Of a DNA stretch of 64,000 nucleotides, positions 53,545 through 62,100 are shown piece after piece. Source of the stretch: an uncultured virus (IMG/VR IMGVR_UViG_3300025759_000060) (lineage: Duplodnaviria > Heunggongvirae > Uroviricota > Caudoviricetes); IMG/VR virus record IMGVR_UViG_3300025759_000060, one strand, 5' to 3'. Each line of letters starts with the position of its first letter. The first letter of the stretch is position 1. The notes beneath the pieces were generated by a model. The model saw only the letters and a program-made list of their open reading frames with translations. It ran no database searches and had not been told where the DNA came from. The position numbers and the translations under genes are program-made.

Positions 53545-56500
53545 ATGTCTAAATTTAATCTCACTGCACAAATACAGTTACAAGCACCTAAAAATGCTGC
53601 ACAAGTTGTAAACCAAATACAGCGTCAGTTGCAGAATATTAATGTTAATGTAAACCTCAAAGGCGCTCCACAGGCTCAACGTCAAATACAGAATTTGGCT
53701 AAGTCTACAAGTCAAGCTGCTAATGCTAGCACCAAGCTAGGTAAAGCTTTAACTGCTTCTATCAAAAGATATGCCGGTTTAGCTATTGCTACTAGGGCTG
53801 TTAGTTTATTTACTAATACTCTTAGTAATGCTGTGCAAGAATCTATAGATTTTCAGAGAGAGCTTATAAAGGTGGCTCAAGTTACTGGAAAGTCTTTGCA
53901 AGAACTTAAAGGTCTTACTTCTGAAATTACTAGGCTATCGACTTCTTTAGGTGCTGCCTCTAGCTCTTTAATTGGAGTTAGTAGGATACTTTCTCAGGCG
54001 GGTCTTAGCGCTAATGAAACTAGGATAGCTCTTGATGCTTTGGCTCGATCTACTTTAGCTCCTACCTTTGATAACATTACACAAACTGCTGAAGGCGCAG
54101 TTGCTATCTTTAATCAGTTTAGAGAAGGCGCTCAAGCTTTAGAAAAACAGTTGGGTGCTATTAATGCTGTTGCTGGTCAATTCGCTGTTGAGGCGGGTGA
54201 TTTGATTGCTGTTATTCGTCGTACTGGAGGTGTGTTTAAATCTGCTGGTGGTGATTTAAATGAACTGATTGCGTTATTTACTAGTGTTAGAGCAACAACG
54301 CGAGAGTCAGCAGAAAGTATTGCTACTGGTTTACGTACCATCTTTACTAGAATACAAAGACCTAAAACTATAGAATTCTTAAGAGAATTTGGTGTTGAAC
54401 TTGTAGGTTTGGATGGCAAGTTTGTTGGTCCGTATGAAGCTGTTAAAAGATTGAGCGCAGCTCTTGCTGGACTTGAACAAGGTGACTTAACATTTATTAA
54501 AATTGCTGAAGAACTTGGTGGCTTTAGACAGATTGGTAAAGTCATTCCTTTAATTCAAGAATTTAGAATAGCTCAAGAAGCATTAAATGTTGCAATTGCT
54601 GGTGGTGATTCTCTTACGAAAGATGCTTTAACAGCACAACAGGCGTTAGCTGTACAGATTGCTAAAGTTAGAGAACAATTTTTAGCATTAATTAGAGGTG
54701 TATTTGAAAGTCAATCTTTTCAATTATTTGCAAAAACTTCTTTAAACATAGCGTCTGCTTTACTTAAAGTTGGTGAAGCGTTAAAACCACTTATTCCACT
54801 GCTTACTACTTTTGCTGCTATAAATATTGCCAGAGGTGCTGCTGGACTTATTGGAGGTTTATCTCGCCCAAGAGGATTTAACGCAGGTGGTATGGTTCCC
54901 GGTAGTGGTAATAGAGATACAGTCCCTGCGATGCTTACGCCGGGAGAATTTGTAATACGTAAAAGTAGTGTTGCTAGCATAGGTGCTGAAAATCTTGCGT
55001 CTATGAATAAATATGCATACGGTGGAACTGTTAAAAGTTTAGGTACAACTTATACTTCTATACCAAGAACTAAAGGTTATGACAAATTACAAAATAGAAG
55101 AGTGCAAGATAATTCTAAATTTGTAAAAGTAATACCTAATGAAAAAGATTTGGACGTATGGAACAATTCAAGATCGTTTAAACATGGAGACAAATTTGAA
55201 GAAGTTTTAGCTAAATCACGAAGATTTAACACTGGACGACGAGCCACGGGGCCATTTGATATTTTAGATTTTCCTCAAACAAGATCTGAAGCTAAATTTT
55301 TACCTTTAAATGCAAGGTATGGAAAAGGAGAAAATGACAGAAACGCAAAGGGTAATACTGGTAAAAGTATTGCTGCTAAGAATTTTCTTTTTGAAAATAG
55401 CCGTGGCACGAATAGAAGACCTAGTTCGTTGTCAACTACTGCTTTAGCTGGAAAACCCGTTACAACCTACTATACAGATCCTAGTCTATGGTTGAAAAAG
55501 ATGGCTACTGGCGGTGGAGTTTCTGGAACAGATACAGTTCCAGCGATGTTGACTCCCGGTGAGTTTGTAATGAACAAAGCATCTGCACAAAATATTGGTT
55601 ACAGTAATTTAAACCGTATGAATAAAGTTGGTAAGTATGCTAATGGTGGTATAGTTCAAGGATTTAATACTGGTGGAACAATACGTTCGCCTCTTCTTAG
55701 TGGGGGAACATCGAAAGGAACTGTTCCAGTTTCTATACAGTCAGTTTCTAGCGTAGCTGCTTCTATGCTAGGTGGTGGATTGGGCGGTGGGGGTGGCGTT
55801 ATTGCTAGCGCTGCTAGCGGAGGAGGTTCTGGCCCAAGAGGTTTAGTCGCTGCAAAAGGAACAAAAAGGGGTAATCTACCATCTAAATCTAGAAGTGTTG
55901 ATAGCCTTAGTGGTATTGGTTTTGGTTTAACGGCAGCAACTGCTGCTCTTGCTACTTTCGCTCCGACTGTTGATGAAAATAGTAATGCTCAAGAAAGGGC
56001 TATCGCCGCTCTTGCTAATTCTGCCACAACATTAGCTGCGACTTTTGGTGGTTTAGCATCTATTAGTGAATCGTTTGGTGTTAGCCTTGGTGATGCTTTT
56101 AGAGGCGGTTTAGGTAAAAAAGCTAAGAACGCCGTTCAAGAAGACATAATAGCAAGAAGTCAAGCCAAAGCGTCTGGTATAAAGCAAAGTGCTAGAGATA
56201 GAACTAAAGCTGATATAGAAAGTGGACAAATAGATTTAAGCACATCGAAGGGTAGAGAAACAGCAAGAAAAAGAGCAGAAAAAGCTAGAAAAAGTGCGGC
56301 GGGAGTTGAAAGGCGTGGACGAGGTTTTGCAAGGGCGGGTGGATCTGCTGCTCAAGTTGGTACACAGGCTGCTGTAGGCGTTGCTGCTTTTACCGCTGCT
56401 TTTAACGCAGCTCAATCCTTAGCTCAAGTTTTCAAAGAATTAAGTGGTATTACTAAAGAAATGCAAGATGCTATAGAAGACGGTAATGTGGCTTTAGCTG

Positions 56501-59196
56501 AGAGAAAAGCGGCAGAAGCAAATGCAGAGGAAAGAACTTTAAATACAGCGAGTGGTATTGTTGGCGGTGCTGCTGCTGGATTTGCAGTCGCTGGCCCACT
56601 TGGTGCTGCTCTTGGCGCTGCTGCTGGTGGAATTTTAGCAGACTTTTTAACTCCACCAAAAGAAACTGCTGTCGCTTTAGCTGGCGCTCAAGCCGCAGCT
56701 ACTAAAGCTGCTAAGAGTATGGCAGATGCCACAAAAGAAGTTACCAAGAGGATGTCAGAATTTAGACTTGGTAATATTAGTGGGGATGAACTTTTTGAAC
56801 CTTTAATAAAAGCACAAGAAGATGCTGCTCTAGCAAGAAGAAAAGGTGCAGCAGCTGAAGGCGAAGCTGCTGATTTTGGTCAAACGCTTCCGGGTGCTAT
56901 GAGTCAAGCCTTTGGTTTTTCAAAAAGTTCTGATGCGATTAGAAGAGAAAACGAAGCTGCCCAAAAACAAAGAAGAGAACAAATGAAGGAAACCTCTACC
57001 CCAGCTGTACGCGCATTAGCTATGCAGGCTGCTGGAGGAGGTCAAGATGAACAACAGTTTAGAGAATTTTTACAGAGTACAGGTCTCAGTCTTAAAGATT
57101 TAGAAATGGCTGGCGTAAATGTTAAAGACATATTTGCAAGCGCAGAAAAAGAAGTTGAAAGAGCAAGAAAACAATTTGAATTATTAAATCTTGGTTTAAG
57201 TAATGTAAATGCCACAGCTGATGCAAGCATAGCCGTTTTAAATAACTTGGGGAATATTACAGATCTTGGAGCTAACTCTCAGGTTGAAAATTCTTTAAAT
57301 ACCTTAACTGCTGGTTTAACAGCTGCTGCTCAGGGTATAGATTTAGCTGATTTCCAGAAAGCGGTAGACACGGGCGTAGGTGTTCTACAGGGCTTAGGAG
57401 CTTCAGATGAAAGTATAAATAAATTTAAAAATACAACACAGGCGATTAATTCTGTACAGTCCGAAATACCAAACGCTTTGGAAAGAGTAAAAAAAACTTT
57501 TGATGCTAGCGGTGGAAAGGTAAGTGTTAAAGATCTTAGGCAGAAATTTGCTGACGAAATATCAGGCTCTTTGAAGGGTGTAGTAGACGAAGACACACTT
57601 TCAAATTTGACTGATTTAATTGCAGAGGGAGAGCTTTCTCCAGAAGATGTTAAAGCAATACAAGGAGGCGATATGTCTCCTCTTCAAAAACTAGTTGATG
57701 AGTTTGGTGAAGGGGCGATGAAAGAATTTACAGAAGCTTTCAAAAAAGCAGCTGAAATAGAAAATAAACTTGTAGCTATTACTTCACAAAGAATTAATCT
57801 AGAAAATCAGTTAGTAGCATCACAGCAAAAAGTACTATCTGCTCAAATGGAAGCCGCACAGATTATAGCTGAATTTGGTGGCCCTGCGGTAACGCCTGAT
57901 CAACAGCGAGCTAATATTATACAAAGTGCTAATACTCAATCTGGAGTTATTGGTGGTATTAGTAATTTACAAAGTGGTAGCGCTGCTGAACTTACAAATC
58001 GTAATAGAGAAATTAATGCCCAACTTCAAAATATAGATACGCAGAGATCAGCTGTTGCTGCTGGAGGCGGTGGTCTTGGCAGAGTCGAAGGTACAGAGTT
58101 ACAAGCACAGCAAGACAGATTAATTAAGCTCGCTCAAGATCAATATAATGTTACTAAACAATTAATTGACGTTCGTAAGCAAGAACTTAGAACAATTCAA
58201 GCTAGAAATAAAGCAGAAAAAGACGGCTTGGAATCTCTACTTGATGGTGATTTTGAAGGATTCTTTGATGCTCAAGCAGCTGCTGGCGCTACAGCTGCAA
58301 TCGCCACGGGCAATACTCAGCTGGCATCGGCGTATGGTCCCGGCGGTCTTGCTGGAGCATTTAAAAACTTACAGCAGATGCAATCACAAGGTGTTACAAC
58401 TGCATTTGGTCAAAACATTGGCGGCGCAGGAGGATTGCTAGAGCAATCTGCTGGAGCAGCTTTAGGGACATTTGGAATGCAAGGATCAGCAGATGTTCTT
58501 GCTGGCACTACACCAGAAGAAGCTGCCTTGCAGTCAGAAATACAAGGTTTAGCTAAAACGTTGCCAGATACTGCTCAAGTTCAAGCAAATGCTGCTGAAA
58601 TGATGTTGAAAGCAGCCGTGATACAACAACAAGTTGCACAAGCAGAATTAGCTGAAGTAAGAGAAAGGGTTCAAAACCGTGCTGGTGGTGGTTTGATTTA
58701 TGCTAGCCGTGGAATGTTTGTACCCCGTGGAACTGACACTGTTCCTGCAATGTTGACTCCGGGTGAGTTTGTAGTTAGACGAGCAGCTGTTCAAAGGGGA
58801 AATAATCTTCAAATGCTTAAAGCTATGAACAGTGGCGCTGTTAGCGATAGTGCAACACAAGCTTTATCTTCTGGGGGTCAAGTAAGATATTTACAAAACG
58901 GCGGTGAAGCTACTGGTGGAGGTCTTGGCATTAGTTCAGAAACTTTAAACAGTTTTGCATCAGCCCTTAATAACTTTAACACTCAGTTAGCTACTAATAT
59001 ACAAAATCTACAAAATACTCAATTCCAAATTACTTTAAATCCAGCAAATATAAATGTTAACTTAACTGGCACGTCATTCCTAGAAAAGTTGACATCTACT
59101 CTTAAACAAGAGTTGTTTAGCTTTGTGGGTCAGGAAATTGCTCAACATTCCGTGGGACCAGACGGACGACTAACTAAAGACAACCGAAGGGTATAA
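53545..59196 (+). CDS. Tail tape measure protein (1883 aa) with internal DTVPAMLTPGEFV modules
   Basis: TP901-type core (LIKVAQVTG...ILSQAG...TRESAESIATGLRTIFTRI), Ala/Gly-rich hydrophobic segments, position after the tube and chaperone-like genes. Confidence 0.9.
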   Translation: MSKFNLTAQIQLQAPKNAAQVVNQIQRQLQNINVNVNLKGAPQAQRQIQNLAKSTSQAANASTKLGKALTASIKRYAGLAIATRAVSLFTNTLSNAVQESIDFQRELIKVAQVTGKSLQELKGLTSEITRLSTSLGAASSSLIGVSRILSQAGLSANETRIALDALARSTLAPTFDNITQTAEGAVAIFNQFREGAQALEKQLGAINAVAGQFAVEAGDLIAVIRRTGGVFKSAGGDLNELIALFTSVRATTRESAESIATGLRTIFTRIQRPKTIEFLREFGVELVGLDGKFVGPYEAVKRLSAALAGLEQGDLTFIKIAEELGGFRQIGKVIPLIQEFRIAQEALNVAIAGGDSLTKDALTAQQALAVQIAKVREQFLALIRGVFESQSFQLFAKTSLNIASALLKVGEALKPLIPLLTTFAAINIARGAAGLIGGLSRPRGFNAGGMVPGSGNRDTVPAMLTPGEFVIRKSSVASIGAENLASMNKYAYGGTVKSLGTTYTSIPRTKGYDKLQNRRVQDNSKFVKVIPNEKDLDVWNNSRSFKHGDKFEEVLAKSRRFNTGRRATGPFDILDFPQTRSEAKFLPLNARYGKGENDRNAKGNTGKSIAAKNFLFENSRGTNRRPSSLSTTALAGKPVTTYYTDPSLWLKKMATGGGVSGTDTVPAMLTPGEFVMNKASAQNIGYSNLNRMNKVGKYANGGIVQGFNTGGTIRSPLLSGGTSKGTVPVSIQSVSSVAASMLGGGLGGGGGVIASAASGGGSGPRGLVAAKGTKRGNLPSKSRSVDSLSGIGFGLTAATAALATFAPTVDENSNAQERAIAALANSATTLAATFGGLASISESFGVSLGDAFRGGLGKKAKNAVQEDIIARSQAKASGIKQSARDRTKADIESGQIDLSTSKGRETARKRAEKARKSAAGVERRGRGFARAGGSAAQVGTQAAVGVAAFTAAFNAAQSLAQVFKELSGITKEMQDAIEDGNVALAERKAAEANAEERTLNTASGIVGGAAAGFAVAGPLGAALGAAAGGILADFLTPPKETAVALAGAQAAATKAAKSMADATKEVTKRMSEFRLGNISGDELFEPLIKAQEDAALARRKGAAAEGEAADFGQTLPGAMSQAFGFSKSSDAIRRENEAAQKQRREQMKETSTPAVRALAMQAAGGGQDEQQFREFLQSTGLSLKDLEMAGVNVKDIFASAEKEVERARKQFELLNLGLSNVNATADASIAVLNNLGNITDLGANSQVENSLNTLTAGLTAAAQGIDLADFQKAVDTGVGVLQGLGASDESINKFKNTTQAINSVQSEIPNALERVKKTFDASGGKVSVKDLRQKFADEISGSLKGVVDEDTLSNLTDLIAEGELSPEDVKAIQGGDMSPLQKLVDEFGEGAMKEFTEAFKKAAEIENKLVAITSQRINLENQLVASQQKVLSAQMEAAQIIAEFGGPAVTPDQQRANIIQSANTQSGVIGGISNLQSGSAAELTNRNREINAQLQNIDTQRSAVAAGGGGLGRVEGTELQAQQDRLIKLAQDQYNVTKQLIDVRKQELRTIQARNKAEKDGLESLLDGDFEGFFDAQAAAGATAAIATGNTQLASAYGPGGLAGAFKNLQQMQSQGVTTAFGQNIGGAGGLLEQSAGAALGTFGMQGSADVLAGTTPEEAALQSEIQGLAKTLPDTAQVQANAAEMMLKAAVIQQQVAQAELAEVRERVQNRAGGGLIYASRGMFVPRGTDTVPAMLTPGEFVVRRAAVQRGNNLQMLKAMNSGAVSDSATQALSSGGQVRYLQNGGEATGGGLGISSETLNSFASALNNFNTQLATNIQNLQNTQFQITLNPANINVNLTGTSFLEKLTSTLKQELFSFVGQEIAQHSVGPDGRLTKDNRRV

Positions 59197-59198
59197 GG

Positions 59199-62100
59199 AT
59201 GATACAGGATTGTTTTTCACCAAAGGTAAGCTTTAAAAAAGCGGGAGTTGGAAAACTCAGGCTTGGAGAAAGAGCGGGATTATTACAGGTACGTTGTCAA
59301 ACTGATGTTAATCTAAAATTTGATATAAATTTAAAAGCAGCAAATACTGGCGATAGACTTATTTCATCTAAAATGTTAGGCTTTGCAACACTAAAACAAA
59401 CAACTACTAGCGATATTAATGTTAATAGATATTTTAATCTAGATAATGCTTTTATAACAACTAGATATAAACTTAACCCAGCTAGTATTTTTGCAAGACC
59501 TTCTACTTCTGCTTTTGTCTCCGCAAGGCCACATAAGATTGCAGGGACTCACGACTCTTATCGAGAATTTGACAATTTTGTAGCTACAGAAAAATTATAT
59601 CCTAGCGGTATTGAAGTTTTTGAAAGTGGATTTAACAGAATTATTGGAGTGGCATCGTCTATTGATGATGGTGTGCTTATCGGAAATTATCTAAAAAATG
59701 GATTACCAAGTTCCCGCGTTACTAGAGATTCTATATTTTTAAGATCTCAAGAAAGATTTGGAAAACCAAAAGATGATCATAATAATTATAAATTAGTATT
59801 AGAGATGGATAAACCTTCTACTGATATGCTAGAAAGTTTTTTGGCAATTAGAGTAGATGCTCCTATTGAAAATTTTAGATCTCATAAGCCACTTTCTTAT
59901 AAATTTAATAATCTAAAGTTTACTGATCCGTCTGGAAATTTAATAGTACAATATAAAGACTTCACAGTTAAGGGTGAATCAAAGTATCTATCTACAGTAA
60001 ACCCAACTACCTATTTAACTGAACCGCTAATAAATAACGCAAAACTAGATAAGGATGATAGTAATTATCCTCTATTTTTTAATGAAAGTGGTTATTTACT
60101 AAATATTGATGTGGAGACTTCCACTTTAGACGACCCATTTAACGTTGGTTTTAGTAACGCATTTTCTGAAGATAATAGACCAGTTGGTGGTAGAAGAGAA
60201 GATTTTAGAATTATCTCACTTGAAATACTATCACAGGGTTTAAGTAATTTTAGAAATGATGCAATACTTCCTTTTTCCGTGCAAGTTCCTGCAACTGGTT
60301 TAAGAACAGAAAGAAAAATATTTCCATCAAATCTTTTAAAGTATAACTTTGATACAACTATTTATCCTTCTGGAGAACACTCTCTGTGGACAGATAATGG
60401 TAATCATACTTTTAACGACGTTGAAGATAACAGTCACCTAAGTAATATTTTACGATTAGACGGTAATGACAAATTTATAGAATTATCTTCTACCACGGCT
60501 ATTGCAGATTCTGGTAAGCTAAAACTTAAGTTTAGTCATGAGCCTCCGACTTCTGCATTTAGGTATGCAGATGGGGCTTTCCAATTTGCTTTTTCGTCAA
60601 ATTCCTTTGACGCTGCTAATAAAAGACAAGTTTCTGATATAGATTCTTTCTTTGTGGTTGACGAGATAGAGTTAAAGGTTACGGCTAAAAAGTCTGCTTC
60701 TAGTAGAGATTATGTAATTGATGCTGTTGGTTATAGTGATGATAAACTTTTGCATATAACTCCTAAGATTGGTGGATTTTTACAAAACGCTTCAGGCCAA
60801 CATCCATCTGGAATAGGCGTAACTCCAGTTTCTTCTGGATTTGCAAATATAAACGACTTAGGAATTTCTACACTACCAATATCAGACAAGTTCTCTTACT
60901 TTGAAACTTCTGGTACTAATAACTTAGGAGGTAATCATTATTCATTACCTTTAACACCAATAGTAAATACAACTGAATTCACAGAGTATACTATACCTTT
61001 AGATATTTATCCAGATAATGTTAGACTTGGAAAGTCTGTTGATTACTCTATGAGTTCTTACTTTGAACATCTATACTTAGATTTATTCCCATTCCCAAGT
61101 GGCGCGGCTATATCTAATATATCTTTACTTATTAAGTACAGACCTAGCAACGCTCTTCCACTCCATACTGTTGCGCATGAAAAAGAACCATTACATAAAT
61201 CTGAAGCTAAGGGGTATCCTTCGTCAAGTCAAAGCACGGACAGAAAGATAAATTCTGTTATACAAAATTCTGGACTGTCATTAATAGAAAGCATCCCACA
61301 CGGATATCAAAGTCCAACAACCATTAAAACAAATTACGCTAGACGTTGGAGGGGTGTAGATGGAAATGTGATGACAGGTCCGTTTCAACCTACTGTCTTT
61401 GATTTCTCTTTCGAGAATCCTCAACTAGATGCGCCGTTCTTAAATGGAACATTTGATTTTACAAAGATAGAAGACGGATTCGTATTACCAAATCAAAGTG
61501 GATTATTAGACAACAATGTTAGTGGATTTTATAATGCTAGCTTCTCATCTAATCTTATAGAAAATATTGGTTTACGATTTAATAATAGTGGTCTTTTTGT
61601 AAATCAACAACGAGATTATAAAACTTTAGATTGGACACAAACGGGTTCTGAATTAAGTGGTAAAATATTAGACTCTTTCGATAAAGCTTTAAGATTATCT
61701 GGACCTGACGCAAACATTAATTTTGGTAGTGGCATCTCAGTTTCTGGAGGTTTCGCGGCATACATTAGATTTTCTCCTGATGTTTCAATAAGTGGAAGCT
61801 CTTATAACCTTTGGGACTCTGGGGTGCTGCTATCAAAATGGAATCACGGAGAAGAACTAGAATTTCTTTTAGCTTATAGCGGTGGACATTTAGCCGCTCA
61901 TGCTAGAGATATTGACAATAATACTATATCTATATATGATAGTCAAGATTATACTAATTACCAATATCCACTATCTGTATTACTTACATATAATGATAAT
62001 TTAAGTAGTAGATTAAAGTTATACGTTGACAGTGAAATAGCTAGCGGAAGTTATGATCTACTTCGAGCATCTTCTACTTCTTTCTTTATGGCATCTGGTA

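Noticed and set aside
53508..53580. RNA structure sequestering the TMP start (TGTGCAG/CTGCACA)
   Set aside because: Only a 7-bp distant pairing, which is within chance expectation.
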